Under the pieces are notes generated by a model. It saw only the letters and a program-made list of their open reading frames with translations. It had not been told where the DNA came from and ran no database searches. Shown here piece by piece: positions 39,313 to 50,299 of a DNA stretch of 64,000 bases. The translations under genes and the position numbers were made by a program. The first letter of the stretch is position 1. The number at the start of each line of letters is the position of its first letter. The stretch comes from Candidatus Omnitrophota bacterium (GTDB lineage Bacteria; Omnitrophota; Gorgyraeia; B26-G9): the NCBI GenBank assembly GCA_043814605.1, contig JBDRJV010000037.1, forward strand, positions 163,902 to 227,901. Reading direction: 5' to 3'.

Positions 39313-40159
39313 AAAATTTGATATTTCGTTTATTATTTTGACATGGAATTCAGTAGAATTTATTAAAGAATGTGTGGAAAGCTATGTTGCATCTATAAAT
39401 AAAGAAAACCTCAGCGCAGAATTTTTGATTGTAGATAATGGTTCTTTAGATAATACATTGGAAATAATTAAAAATAAAATTTTACCAGTTTTGCCTGATT
39501 CTTGCAAACTTATTTTAATTGAGCTGGAAAAAAATTATGGAACTACATATTCTAGAAATGTGGGGCTTAAAAGGGCAGCAGGAAGTTTTATTGTAATTTG
39601 TGATTCTGATACATATTTTGCGCAAGGAAGTTGGCGTGATATTATAAATTATTTAGAAAAAAATTCTGAGGTAGGGATTTTAGCTCCATTACTTATGTAC
39701 AAAGATGAGACATTGCAGCGTTCGGTAAAAAGATTTCCGATTATAAAAGATAAACTGCTAAAATTAAAACAAATTTTTTTTGGAATTAATGCAAAAAGTT
39801 CAGATCAGTATCTTGAATTTCCCTGGAAATCCAGTCAGGAAGTAGATACGGCAATTTCTGCTTTTTGGATTTTCAAAAGAGAAGTATTAGAGGAAATAGG
39901 TTTGTTCGATGAAAAAATATTTTATGCCCCGGAAGATTTAGATTACTGCTTAAGAGTATGGAAGTCTGGGAAAAAAGTTGTTTTTTATCCAGATTTTAAA
40001 ATTGTGCATAATACACAGCAGATTTCACACAAAAAACCGTTTAGCTTAATTGCGCTTTCACATTTTTTAGGGTTAGGGTATTATTTTTTTAAACATAATT
40101 ATTTTTTATCGAGGAAGAAAGTATATGCAAAGATAAAAGATATTAAGGCAAAAAAATGA
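39281..40159 (+). CDS. family 2 glycosyltransferase
   Basis: N-terminal ISFIILTWNS, VDNGSLDNT, and DxD in ICDSDTY. Confidence 0.75.
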   Translation: MNYGHKNIMIKKFDISFIILTWNSVEFIKECVESYVASINKENLSAEFLIVDNGSLDNTLEIIKNKILPVLPDSCKLILIELEKNYGTTYSRNVGLKRAAGSFIVICDSDTYFAQGSWRDIINYLEKNSEVGILAPLLMYKDETLQRSVKRFPIIKDKLLKLKQIFFGINAKSSDQYLEFPWKSSQEVDTAISAFWIFKREVLEEIGLFDEKIFYAPEDLDYCLRVWKSGKKVVFYPDFKIVHNTQQISHKKPFSLIALSHFLGLGYYFFKHNYFLSRKKVYAKIKDIKAKK

Positions 40160-41331
40160 AAATTAAAATCTGTCATTTTTTAAATCGGCTTGATGTAGGA
40201 GGTATGGAGAACGGGGTTATTAATATTTGCAATCGTATTGACAGAAAAAAATTTAAGCCTCATATTTGCTGCATAAAGGGAAAAGGAAATATGTCACTGC
40301 GGCTTAAGTCAGATGTAAATGTGCATACTTTTAATTTCCCAGAAGGCAAATCAATTTTTCGTCCATTAACAATGATAAATTTTTTTAAAAAAGAAAGATT
40401 TGATATCGTGCATACACATGCTTGGGGAGCCTGTTCCTTAGACGGAATAATCGGCGCTCGTTTTGCAGGAGTGCCTGTAGTAATAAACGGAGAACACGGT
40501 GTTTTTTTTCTAAAAAAATACCAGATTGCTTCACAAAGAATTTTAGCCAAGTTATGTGATAAAACATTATCAGTCTCTCTTTCTTTAAAAAAAGAAATAA
40601 AGTTAAACTTAGGCATCCCGGGAAATAAAATTTGTGTAATTGCTAATGGGGTAGATACCAATTATTTTAATGGTCAATATGATATTTCGGGTGTAAATGA
40701 ATATATTCTTAAAAGAAATATTAACTTAAATAATGATTCTTTTTTAATCGCTTGTGTAGGAAGCATTAAGCCAAGTAAAAATCAAAAGATTTTAATTGAT
40801 GCAATTATTAAATTAAAAAATAAAAACTTAATTGTTTTATTTGTCGGAGATGGTCCGGACAGAAAGATACTTGAAAGCTATATTGACCAGAATAAATTAA
40901 ACGAAAATATTATTTTTTTGGGGCAAAGAGATGATGTGCATAAAATTTATTCTTTTGCTGATTTGCTGGTTTCAAGTTCCATTGGTTCACATGAAGGATT
41001 GTCTAATGTTATGTTAGAAGCAATGGCATCCGGCATTCCGGTTATTTCTACGGAATCTATAGGAGCTCGGGAACTGGTTAGAGAAGGGGAAACCGGGTTT
41101 TTAATTAAATCAGAAGATGTTGGTAGTTTAGCGGAAAAAATTGAAAGATTTTATTCTGATCGTGGCTTATTGAAAAAAATGGGTGATAGTGCGCAAAAAT
41201 TTATTAAAGAAAATTTTTCTATAGACAGAATGATTTCTGAATATGAAAAACTTTATTTGGATTTATATAACAAAAAAATGAATACAGGCCGCAAGCCGCA
41301 AGCTACAGGCTGCAAAGAACAAGGGGAATAA
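40156..41331 (+). CDS. family 4 (GT-B) glycosyltransferase
   Basis: E-x7-E region [23 protein letters not shown]. Gly-rich N-terminal block. The C-terminal about 17 aa are encoded by a 'ccgcaagccgcaagctacaggctgcaaag' word-repeat motif. Confidence 0.75.
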   Translation: MKIKICHFLNRLDVGGMENGVINICNRIDRKKFKPHICCIKGKGNMSLRLKSDVNVHTFNFPEGKSIFRPLTMINFFKKERFDIVHTHAWGACSLDGIIGARFAGVPVVINGEHGVFFLKKYQIASQRILAKLCDKTLSVSLSLKKEIKLNLGIPGNKICVIANGVDTNYFNGQYDISGVNEYILKRNINLNNDSFLIACVGSIKPSKNQKILIDAIIKLKNKNLIVLFVGDGPDRKILESYIDQNKLNENIIFLGQRDDVHKIYSFADLLVSSSIGSHEGLSNVMLEAMASGIPVISTESIGARELVREGETGFLIKSEDVGSLAEKIERFYSDRGLLKKMGDSAQKFIKENFSIDRMISEYEKLYLDLYNKKMNTGRKPQATGCKEQGE

Positions 41332-41347
41332 GGTCGGGTTACGAATA

Positions 41348-41719
41348 ATGAAGAGTTATAAAGATTTGGAAATTTATAAATTATCCCATGATTTAGCAGT
41401 AAAGCTACATGAGATGACGCTGCAAAATTTACCTAAATTTGAGATATATGAACAAGGGAGTCAAATTAGAAAGTCATCTAAATCAATAGTTGCTACTATT
41501 GTTGAAGGTTTTGGGAGAAAATCATATCAACAGTAATTCATACGTTATTTGACCTATGCGTTAGCTTCCTGTGATGAAACAAAAGAGCATTTAGAATTAT
41601 TATTTGATACAAAATCTTTAAAAGATGAAATTAAATATAAAAATTGGATGCAGGAGTTGGAGAAGCTAGGCAGAAAACTATATAATTTTCGTAAAACAGT
41701 AGTTAAAGATCTAAAATAA
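41348..41719 (+). pseudogene. four-helix-bundle (IVS/Avd-like) gene, full length but interrupted by an in-frame TAA at 41534-41536
   Basis: The upstream part ...[16 protein letters not shown] and the same-frame downstream part FIRYLTYALASCDETKEHLELL... together reconstruct the whole family protein (about 123 codons). The downstream flank carries the cassette tail motif 'ggtaatttgtaactcgtaacttataact'. Confidence 0.6.
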
Positions 41720-41837
41720 TCTTGTATTCTGTAGCTTGCAGCTTGTAACTTGTAGCATTAGCAGTGTTTATCCAAAGATTTTTTTTGCTGCTAATTGGTA
41801 ATTTGTAACTCGTAACTTATAACTTTTTTGAGGAATT

Positions 41838-43049
41838 ATGGCTTTTTTTTTATTATGTTTAACAGTATTTATTATGTTTTTTCAGCCCACATATATTTTC
41901 CCGTGGTCAGAACAATACCAGCCTTTAAGGATCTGCGCAATTGCTGCACTGTTTTTTTATTTTTTCTCTGATAAGAAAAGTAATGCCAATTTTTTTTCCT
42001 ACAAAATTAATTTATATTTTGTGTTATTTATTTTTTGGCAAACTTTAAGTTCTTTTACGATTTGGTCTCAGGCAGGCCTGGATACTTTAAACTTATGGCT
42101 TAAACTGGGAATTGTTTATTATTTAATTTTTAAAAGTGTTACGAATGAAAAAAAACTGATTACCATAATTTTTACCATTATATTAGCTTTGGGGTATCTT
42201 TGCTATTATGCTATAACAAATTTTATTATTAATTATACGCCAGGAATAAGGGCGAGTGGATTCGGCTGGTATGAAAATGCCAATGATTTATCTTTAATTT
42301 TTGTGGCAGTTATCCCGTTAAGTTTTTTAGTTATCAATCTTACTAATAAATTATTTATCAAATTATTCTATCTCTTCTGCAGTGCAAGTTTTGCTTTTAC
42401 GGTTTTATTTACAGGCTCACGTAATGGTTTATTAGGAGTAGCGGTAGTAGGATTTTTTAGCACAATTTTTGCTAAAAAACTACCAAAAGTGATTCGCGGT
42501 TCGGTTCTAGTAATTCTTGTTTTAGCGATTAGCAGTATTGGAGTTGCGTCGGTATTAAGTCGTAGTAATATCACTGGCCTCAGAGGCGATGATTCATCTG
42601 AAGATCGAATAATCCAATGGAAAGCAGGCATGAGAATGATTGCTGTCCGTCCGTTATTTGGAGTGGGACGAGATGAATTTGGTTCATATGCAGAAGAATA
42701 CGGCGGGATTAGAGGTATGCAGCCGCATAATACTCTAATCCAGGTTTTTGCGGAAAGTGGTATTCCTGCGGGAATTTTCTTTTCCTTATTTTCCTTGCTG
42801 CCGCTTTGGATAATGTGTAAGGATTTTAAATATGAAAATAGCTTTTCGCATGAAAAGGCAAAAAATATTACAGCTTATAAGTATTTATGGGTTTCTTTAT
42901 TAGGATTTTGGGCGTGTGCGTTTTTTGGGAACCGTTATCACGCATATATTTTATTTGTGGTTATCGCGTTAATTGTTACAGTCAAAGCAAATATGATTGG
43001 ATTTGAGGATAATTCTCAAAAGCAAAAGGAAATACTCCATGGCGTTTAA
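41838..43049 (+). CDS. O-antigen ligase/polymerase family membrane protein (Wzy_C domain)
   Basis: About 10 TM helices. A large periplasmic loop with SRNGLLGVAVVGFFS context, typical of Wzy_C (WaaL/Wzy/PglL) proteins. Confidence 0.6.
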   Translation: MAFFLLCLTVFIMFFQPTYIFPWSEQYQPLRICAIAALFFYFFSDKKSNANFFSYKINLYFVLFIFWQTLSSFTIWSQAGLDTLNLWLKLGIVYYLIFKSVTNEKKLITIIFTIILALGYLCYYAITNFIINYTPGIRASGFGWYENANDLSLIFVAVIPLSFLVINLTNKLFIKLFYLFCSASFAFTVLFTGSRNGLLGVAVVGFFSTIFAKKLPKVIRGSVLVILVLAISSIGVASVLSRSNITGLRGDDSSEDRIIQWKAGMRMIAVRPLFGVGRDEFGSYAEEYGGIRGMQPHNTLIQVFAESGIPAGIFFSLFSLLPLWIMCKDFKYENSFSHEKAKNITAYKYLWVSLLGFWACAFFGNRYHAYILFVVIALIVTVKANMIGFEDNSQKQKEILHGV

Positions 43050-44544
43050 AGAAGTAGCAAAACAATCTTCCAAATATTTTATCGGAGAAATTTTAGTTAT
43101 GTTTTCAAGCTTAATTTCTTTTCCGATTTTAACCCGTATATTACCCCAAAATGAATATGGGATTATGAGTTTAATCGCGGTAACCTGCGGCATATTTGGC
43201 CCAATTTCAGCCTTAGGCACACATTTTTCCATGCTGAGATTTTATCATAATTATAAAAATAATAACGCATTAAAAGATTTTTTCAAAAAAATGCTTACCG
43301 TGATTTTGGTCAGTGGTTTTTTTGCTGTTTGTATTTTAATGTTTTTTGTAATTTTTTTTAAAACGGAGAGGTTCTTAAGCATTGAATATAGAAGTACTTT
43401 ATTAATTGCTCTGATATTAATGGTTACGCAGAATGTTTTTTGGTTGCTGCATTCGTCATATCGATTAGAAGAAAAAGTTTTTTTATATAATTTCTTAAAT
43501 GTACTCAGAAGATATGCAGCGTTAATTGTAAGTATTCTGCTGGTTTTAGTTTTTAAAAATTTGTTCACGTTTTATCTTGGCCAATTAATTGTTCATTTAG
43601 TTTTAATCTCACTATTGATTGCAGTTGTTTTTAAAGGGTTTTCTTATTCCAATCATAAAATTGAATTTAAAGCTTTCTTACCGCAAACTTTTAAATACGG
43701 CTTTCCTTTAGCAATTACCGGAATAGTCACATTTTTTTTTAGTGCCGGAGACAGGTATATAATCGCCTATTTTTTAGGTGCAAAAAGTGTTGCTGTATAT
43801 AGTGTCGCAGGAAATTTAGGCGGTTATTTAAAGGAATCATTGATTACCGCGATTAATTTATCTTTAATGCCGATTGCTTTTAAGCTTTGGGAAGAACAAA
43901 GGATAGAACAGGTACGTAAAATATTTACTTCGATGGTTAGATATTACTATCTTTTGGCTGCGGCAATAGTAGCTTTGTTTTTTCTTGTTTCCCAGGAATT
44001 ATTAGTAATCATCGCTTCGGAAAAATATGCGCAATCCGCTAGTGTGGCTCCTTTACTGATGTGCGGGATAATGGCAAGTAGTTTTATTTTTCCATTTTCT
44101 GCAGGATTGCATTTTGAGAAAAAAACTTTAAAAATATTTCTGCTGACAATTGTTTTTACCTTAATTAATGTAATTTTAAATATTATTTGGATTCCGGAGC
44201 ATGGAATTAAAGGCGCGGCTTTTGCAACAATGGTATCTTCGTTTTTCTTTATTTTCTCAAATCAACTTTTTTCCCATAAATATTTTTCTTTTAAAATTCC
44301 GTTTTCTGCAGTTTTAAAATATACAGTTATTTGCTTCGGTGCTTATTTTATTACAAATCAGGTTTGGATATCCAGCGGATTAAAGGCAAAAATTTTCCTA
44401 AGTTTATGTTTTAAGGTATTGTTTTTTTTGGGTTTTTATATTTTATTAATCATGATTTTTGATCAGGAAATTAGGAAAAAAGTTTGGGGATGGAGAAGTA
44501 AATTAAGTATAAAGGCAATGATTTTAAATGAAAAAAAAGATTAA
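42997..44544 (+). CDS. oligosaccharide flippase (Wzx-like, MOP superfamily), second copy
   Basis: Twelve or more TM helices. Polysaccharide biosynthesis protein-like. Overlaps the Wzy-like gene by 53 bp. Confidence 0.6.
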   Translation: MDLRIILKSKRKYSMAFKEVAKQSSKYFIGEILVMFSSLISFPILTRILPQNEYGIMSLIAVTCGIFGPISALGTHFSMLRFYHNYKNNNALKDFFKKMLTVILVSGFFAVCILMFFVIFFKTERFLSIEYRSTLLIALILMVTQNVFWLLHSSYRLEEKVFLYNFLNVLRRYAALIVSILLVLVFKNLFTFYLGQLIVHLVLISLLIAVVFKGFSYSNHKIEFKAFLPQTFKYGFPLAITGIVTFFFSAGDRYIIAYFLGAKSVAVYSVAGNLGGYLKESLITAINLSLMPIAFKLWEEQRIEQVRKIFTSMVRYYYLLAAAIVALFFLVSQELLVIIASEKYAQSASVAPLLMCGIMASSFIFPFSAGLHFEKKTLKIFLLTIVFTLINVILNIIWIPEHGIKGAAFATMVSSFFFIFSNQLFSHKYFSFKIPFSAVLKYTVICFGAYFITNQVWISSGLKAKIFLSLCFKVLFFLGFYILLIMIFDQEIRKKVWGWRSKLSIKAMILNEKKD

Positions 44545-45715
44545 AAATATATTATTAATCACAAAGTTTTTCCCGCCGAAAATTGGCGGCGTACCGGTGC
44601 ACTTTTACAATTTAATTTTGAATGCGCCTGAATTTAATTTTTGTGTTCTTACACAGAAGGAATCCGGATCTAGAGATATTGATGTTTTGCTTAAGAAAAA
44701 ATCAAATAAAGTAATCCGCACTGTTTTTTTTCCTCAAGATTTAGGGCTTAATTTTAGTGCGGATTGGTTTATAAAATTTTTAGCTTTTCCGTTTTTATTT
44801 ATAAGGGTTTTATTGCGGGAAAAAATTGACTTGATTTTTGTTGGACAAGCCACGCTTTTTCTGCTGTTTCCTGTATATATTGCTAGAATTTTGTTCAGAA
44901 AAAAATTTATTTTATTCCTAGCTGGGGAGGAGATTCCAAGCAGGAAAGGAAAAATAAATAATGTGCTTAAATTTTTATATCAAAGAGCTCAAATGTATCT
45001 TTGTATTTCCAGATTTACTTTAAAACGTTTGAATAATTTTTTAGATAGAGAGCAGAAAGATTTTTTACTTTTACCTCCCGGAGTAGAAGATAAATTTTTT
45101 GAAGAGCCAAACCCTGAAATTATGGCTAAAATAAAAAAGCAACTGTTGATGGGATCAAAAAAGGTGCTGTTTACTTCAGGGCGATTAGATAAACGTAAAG
45201 GACATGATTATGTAATCCGGGCGTTACCTGAAATTATAAAAAAATTCCCGGAAATTATTTATATAATTGGTGGAACGGGAGAATATTTGGACTCTCTGAT
45301 TAACTTAGTAAAAGATTTAGAACTTAATGATTATGTTAAATTTATTGGGCAAATAGATTCAGAGCAGTTAGTTGAATATTATGCAATCGCGGATATTTTT
45401 ATCATGCCTAACCGCATTTTAGCTAGCGGCGATGCCGAAGGTTTTGGCATTGTATTCTTAGAGGCAAATGCAGTAGGAAAACCAGTTATCGGAGGGAATA
45501 ATGCAGGAGCTTTGGATTCGGTAGTTAACGGAGAAACAGGTTTGCATGTGGATGCTGAGAATATTTCTGATATTGCTAATAGTGTTTGCAAATTATTAGA
45601 ATCTCCGACGTTAGCCCAAGAACTGGGTTTAAAAGGAAGGAAAAGGGCTTGGGAGCAGTTTCGTTGGCAGGGAATCGGCCAAAAATTTTCTCAAATATTG
45701 AGAGAATTAAGATAG
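44528..45715 (+). CDS. family 4 glycosyltransferase
   Basis: SGDAEGFGIVFLEANAVGKPVIGGN (E-x7-E region). Confidence 0.75.
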   Translation: MKKKIKNILLITKFFPPKIGGVPVHFYNLILNAPEFNFCVLTQKESGSRDIDVLLKKKSNKVIRTVFFPQDLGLNFSADWFIKFLAFPFLFIRVLLREKIDLIFVGQATLFLLFPVYIARILFRKKFILFLAGEEIPSRKGKINNVLKFLYQRAQMYLCISRFTLKRLNNFLDREQKDFLLLPPGVEDKFFEEPNPEIMAKIKKQLLMGSKKVLFTSGRLDKRKGHDYVIRALPEIIKKFPEIIYIIGGTGEYLDSLINLVKDLELNDYVKFIGQIDSEQLVEYYAIADIFIMPNRILASGDAEGFGIVFLEANAVGKPVIGGNNAGALDSVVNGETGLHVDAENISDIANSVCKLLESPTLAQELGLKGRKRAWEQFRWQGIGQKFSQILRELR

Positions 45716-45721
45716 GATATT

Positions 45722-46753
45722 ATGAAATATTTAACAAAACATTTTAATCATGAACAAGATAAAAATTTGCTAATTAATTTATGGTTTAAATATTTAGTAA
45801 ATCCATCATTAGAAAGATATGCTTTTCTTTATGAAAATAATGATGTTTCTATTATTCAGACTGCGTTGCTTTTTTTAGGGAAAGAAAATGAAATACTAGG
45901 GTGTGCTTCTATCTTATTATATAAAGCAGTTTCAAATAGTAATAATTTAGTGCTGGGAATTAATGTGGATATGATTGTGGAACGAAAACACCGGACTCTC
46001 GGCCCGGCTATTCTATTGCTAAAAGAATTAGTAGCTATGGCAAAAAAATACGGTTCAAATGCATTAATCGCAATACCTAACCAAGCTTCTTTACCTGTGT
46101 TTAAACGTATTGGATATAAGTGTGCGGGTAATATTAGTCGCTATGTAAAAATTATAAACATCGAAAAAAAACTAAAAAGTAAACTTAAAAATAAAGTAAT
46201 TATAAATTTTGCGAGTCAGGTGATCAATTTTTTTATGAAATGGATTTCAAGAGAAATACTTTATCAAATATTTGATTTGTTAGATAACAAGAGATGTACT
46301 CTTTGTTTTGAAGAAAGATTTCCTGAGGGGATTAGGTCAAAAAAAAATGGCGAAATATTTAGTTCAGAAAAATATTTAAAATGGCGTTATCGAGTGGGGG
46401 GGGATAAAGGTTATAAAAAATGTTTTTTTTATTACAATAATATCTTGCAGGGAGGTTTAATCTACCGGCTTAATAAGGATGAGATTTTTATTGAAAAAAT
46501 TTGCATGTTTTCAGATCAAAATTTCGATAGGTTATTATTCCATTTTATAAAAAAAATGAGGTTGGATAAAAAAATTTCTAGCATTAATGTAACTTATTTT
46601 GGTAAAGAAAAAAATAAGCAAATTTTTCGTAATTTTGGTTTTTTAAAAAGAGAAGAAAAAGCAATCATGTTTATACCGTTTTCTGAAAAAGCAGCGGGGA
46701 TTTTATCTTTAGAAGAGCAATGGGATATTTATGAAAGTGATTTAGACTTGTAA
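45722..46753 (+). CDS. hypothetical protein with an N-terminal GNAT-like acetyltransferase fold
   Basis: VERKHRTLGPAILLLKELVAMAKKYGSNALIAIPN resembles GNAT motif A (R/Q-x-x-G-x-G/A). Confidence 0.35.
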   Translation: MKYLTKHFNHEQDKNLLINLWFKYLVNPSLERYAFLYENNDVSIIQTALLFLGKENEILGCASILLYKAVSNSNNLVLGINVDMIVERKHRTLGPAILLLKELVAMAKKYGSNALIAIPNQASLPVFKRIGYKCAGNISRYVKIINIEKKLKSKLKNKVIINFASQVINFFMKWISREILYQIFDLLDNKRCTLCFEERFPEGIRSKKNGEIFSSEKYLKWRYRVGGDKGYKKCFFYYNNILQGGLIYRLNKDEIFIEKICMFSDQNFDRLLFHFIKKMRLDKKISSINVTYFGKEKNKQIFRNFGFLKREEKAIMFIPFSEKAAGILSLEEQWDIYESDLDL

Positions 46754-46760
46754 ATTAAAT

Positions 46761-47888
46761 TTGGTTAGTAAAATGCAAAATTATAAATTTAATAATAAGA
46801 AAATCGGGTTTTTAGGAGATACCCGGACAATCCAGTATGAGAGTTTTGTTCATTTGTGTAAAAATGCGCAAGTAGAGGTAATTCCTTTCCAGGAATCCTA
46901 TGCGAACAATCCGCAGCTTTTGCCCAGATCAAAAATTTTACGTTTAATTACTAGCATTAAGTGTCTAATAACAGGGATCACGGATAAAAAGTACAAAATG
47001 GCTTTACGAGACTATTTTAAAAAAAATGATATTAAATGTATTATTGCTTATTGGGGAACGGTTCCTTTTCGGGATATCATCAGTATTAAAAAAATTAACC
47101 CGGATGTAAAAATTATTTTACATGTTTTATGCCATCCTTTGGGGCTTACCCGGATGAAAGTTTTTTTGCAGAATTTATATTTTCGTTACGGAAGCAAATA
47201 TTTAGATGGAATCATCTATACCAGTAATATTATGAAAAATTATTTTCAAGATAAAGTTTTAAAAAAAAATATTCCAAGTATAATTTCATTTCCTTTATTG
47301 AGCAAGTACTTTTTACCGCAAAAAAGAAAAGATAAGGTTTTTGATCATACACCTAATCTGCTTTTTCTCGGAAGAATGGATTGGTGGGCTGGGCAACCGA
47401 CAGACAATGTACTTGAGCCTCTGGAAAATCTAATTAAGGCCGGCATTCATATTTATCATAGTGATAAAACCGGGGACCTGCCTGTTTCATCATTCCGGCA
47501 TGTTTTTAAGCCTATAATAAAGCTTAAAGAGGTAATAGAGTTTGCCACACAATTTGATGCATCACTAATTATCTATAATCTTAAAAAATGCAAGGTGCAG
47601 GATAGATTTAAACTCACTATCCCGGATCGCTTAATTACTGCGGTTACCGCCGGAATTCCAGTGGCAATTCCTCGGGATGGATATGATGCCTGTAAAGAAT
47701 TTTTAAAACCGTATCAGGCGGTAATTGAATTTACATCATTTACTGATTTAAAAGAAAAATTAGAGGCAAAAGAAAGTTTAACTATGTTGGCAAATCTGGC
47801 ACAAGAAAATAGTAGATTATTTACAGCTGAATCTCAGATTGATAATTTATTTGCTTTTATTTATCCCATTATTTACAAAGATGGATGA
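46761..47888 (+). CDS. hypothetical protein (possibly a divergent GT-B-fold enzyme)
   Basis: No clear motif. TTG start in the ORF track. Sits inside a run of glycosyltransferases. Confidence 0.3.
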   Translation: MVSKMQNYKFNNKKIGFLGDTRTIQYESFVHLCKNAQVEVIPFQESYANNPQLLPRSKILRLITSIKCLITGITDKKYKMALRDYFKKNDIKCIIAYWGTVPFRDIISIKKINPDVKIILHVLCHPLGLTRMKVFLQNLYFRYGSKYLDGIIYTSNIMKNYFQDKVLKKNIPSIISFPLLSKYFLPQKRKDKVFDHTPNLLFLGRMDWWAGQPTDNVLEPLENLIKAGIHIYHSDKTGDLPVSSFRHVFKPIIKLKEVIEFATQFDASLIIYNLKKCKVQDRFKLTIPDRLITAVTAGIPVAIPRDGYDACKEFLKPYQAVIEFTSFTDLKEKLEAKESLTMLANLAQENSRLFTAESQIDNLFAFIYPIIYKDG

Positions 47889-47940
47889 GTTAAAAATAGA
47901 AATAAATAGGCAAGATGAATCAGATAAAAGTTAAATTAGT

Positions 47941-49128
47941 GTGAGGCTGGAATTTAGGGCGGATTTTATGAGTTTAGTAAATTTAATATTTAATAAAATT
48001 AAATCTAAAATAAGCTTTTTCCCGGATAAAGGTTTAGCTTATTGGTTAATTCCTTATTTAAAAATTCAATTTAAAAAAACAATCCAGATTAAAAAGAGCT
48101 TAAGGCCGCAGCATATTATTTTAAGCATTGCGGATCATTATGAACCATTTCATGGCGCAGCTAATTTTAATTTGGCGCAGTCTCGGGTGCATAAATGGGT
48201 ACAAGAATATCCTAGATTTGCAGAAAAGCATAAAGATGCGAATGGGAAAAATCCCGCACATACCTGGTTTTATCCGCCGCATTTAGATCATTGTTTTTTA
48301 AAAGATTTAGTGGGTTTGTGTAAAACCGGATACGGAGAAATTGAAATGCATTTACACCATAATCACATGCGTCCCTTTCCGGATACTTCGCATACGTTAA
48401 AAGTAAAGATTTTAAAATGCATTGAAGATTATGCAAAATATGGGATTTTTTGTTTACCGGATGGAAGCAAAAGGTTTGGTTTTGTGCACGGAGACTGGTC
48501 TTTAGATAATTCACGCGGCAAGGAGATATGCGGGGTTAATGATGAGATTAAAATATTAAAAGAATGCGGTTGTTATGCTGATTTTACATTTCCTTCATTA
48601 GGCCCGGCACAACCAGCAATGATCAACAAAATTTATTATGTTGAAGATAATCCAAAGAAACCAAAATCTTATAACCAGGGTAAGGAATTAATTGCCGTGG
48701 GTAAGCCTTGGGGGGATTTATTAATGATTCCTGGAATTATCGGTTTACGCTGGGGTTCAAGAACGCATAAATTCAGACCTTCTGTAGAGAGTTCTGACTT
48801 AAGTAAATCAAATTATCCTTTTGAAAAAAGAATAGATTATTGGGTCCAAAACGCAATAACTATTCCTGGCAAGTCGGAGTGGAAATTTATAAAATTACAT
48901 ACACATGGAGCTATCGAAGATGCTTGGGATGTGCTTTTTGGTAAACAAGCAAATTTAATGTATGATTATTTAGAACAAAAATATAATGATAAAAAAAAGT
49001 ATATTTTGCATTATGTAACCGCGCGAGAAATGTACAATATTGTTAAGGCGGTTGAAGCAGGAGAAGGCGGTAATCCTAACTTGTACCGTGATTATGTTAT
49101 TCCCAGATATACTTATTTAAAGGTTTAA
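47941..49128 (+). CDS. hypothetical protein; His-rich motifs weakly reminiscent of NodB-type polysaccharide deacetylases
   Basis: LSIADHYEP and EIEMHLHHNH resemble the NodB TFDDG and HxxxH blocks only loosely. Confidence 0.25.
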   Translation: MRLEFRADFMSLVNLIFNKIKSKISFFPDKGLAYWLIPYLKIQFKKTIQIKKSLRPQHIILSIADHYEPFHGAANFNLAQSRVHKWVQEYPRFAEKHKDANGKNPAHTWFYPPHLDHCFLKDLVGLCKTGYGEIEMHLHHNHMRPFPDTSHTLKVKILKCIEDYAKYGIFCLPDGSKRFGFVHGDWSLDNSRGKEICGVNDEIKILKECGCYADFTFPSLGPAQPAMINKIYYVEDNPKKPKSYNQGKELIAVGKPWGDLLMIPGIIGLRWGSRTHKFRPSVESSDLSKSNYPFEKRIDYWVQNAITIPGKSEWKFIKLHTHGAIEDAWDVLFGKQANLMYDYLEQKYNDKKKYILHYVTAREMYNIVKAVEAGEGGNPNLYRDYVIPRYTYLKV

Positions 49129-49129
49129 A

Positions 49130-50299
49130 ATGAATATTCTACTTGTTAGTCATATGTTTCCCAATAATGTTAATCCTGGGTATGGAGTCTTTGTTAAAGA
49201 ACAGGCTAAATTTGTGGCAAAAAAAACTGATCTGCAAGTTATGGCGCCATTGCCTTTTTTTCCTTTGGCCGTGCTTTTTTCTAAATATAAAAGTTTTAAT
49301 AAAATTAGGAAAGCTGAAATAATTGATGGTCTAAAAGTAACCCATCCCCAATATTTTTTTATCCCTAAAGTGTTAAAATTTTTGGATGCTTGGTTTTACT
49401 CTTTATCATTAAATAGAAATTTAAGAAATTTAATCCGGAAAGAAAAAATTCAAATCTTGCATTTTCATTGGGGATATCCGGATGCAATAGCTTTGCTAAG
49501 GTTAGCGAAAAAAACAGGGTTAAAAACTGTATTAACAATACATGGTAATGAGAGTATTTGCTATTTTGAAAATTCTTTGCGCAAAAAAATCGTTCAGAAA
49601 TATCTTAAAAAATTTGATTATTTAATTGTTGTAAGTAATGATTTGAAAAATAAAATTATTCAGTATTATGATGTCCCGAAAACTAAAATAACCGTGATGC
49701 CTAACGGGATTAATACTGAAAATTTTTATTCAATAGATAAAAATGAAGCACGCCATATGTGTGGGATTGATCATAAAAAACAAATTATTCTTACTGTCTG
49801 CCGGCTAAGCCATGAAAAAGGGATTGAATATTTATTCCAGGCAATACAAAAGATTAAGGAGATAAATGTGGAATTATTGATTGCCGGGGATGGCCCGTTA
49901 AAGGAGAAATTACTTGTTTTAGCTAGGCAATTAAAAATATCTGATAAAATTAAATTTCTCGGGACAATTGTCCATGAAGAAATTTATAAATTTTATAATG
50001 CAGCCGATATATTTTGTTTGCCATCATTATGGGAAGGTTGTCCTTGTACAATAATTGAAGCCATGGCTTGCGGAACACCGGTAGTGGCTACCAAAGTTGG
50101 GGGCATTCCGGATATGATCAATAAAGAAACAGGTGTTTTGGTTGAGCCTAAAAATCCGGTGGCTCTAGCAGTGGCATTAACTGAAGCTTTAAATAAAAAA
50201 TGGAATCATGAACAAATATCAGCTATCGGTCAAAGTAATAGCTGGGATAATGTGGCGGATAAAGTTATTGAGGTTTATAAGAAAATTTTAGAAAAATAA
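49130..50299 (+). CDS. family 4 glycosyltransferase
   Basis: LWEGCPCTIIEAMACGTPVVATKVGGIPD. Confidence 0.75.
   Translation: MNILLVSHMFPNNVNPGYGVFVKEQAKFVAKKTDLQVMAPLPFFPLAVLFSKYKSFNKIRKAEIIDGLKVTHPQYFFIPKVLKFLDAWFYSLSLNRNLRNLIRKEKIQILHFHWGYPDAIALLRLAKKTGLKTVLTIHGNESICYFENSLRKKIVQKYLKKFDYLIVVSNDLKNKIIQYYDVPKTKITVMPNGINTENFYSIDKNEARHMCGIDHKKQIILTVCRLSHEKGIEYLFQAIQKIKEINVELLIAGDGPLKEKLLVLARQLKISDKIKFLGTIVHEEIYKFYNAADIFCLPSLWEGCPCTIIEAMACGTPVVATKVGGIPDMINKETGVLVEPKNPVALAVALTEALNKKWNHEQISAIGQSNSWDNVADKVIEVYKKILEK

Noticed and set aside
31512-41536. Stop-codon reassignment (TAA read as Gln) suggested by in-frame TAA in two cassette genes
   Set aside because: TAA, TAG and TGA all terminate conserved genes at the expected C-termini throughout the window (for example dxs, rfbB, ugd, glmS). 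Three intact copies of the same gene have CAA/Gln at those positions. Point-mutation pseudogenes are the simpler explanation.
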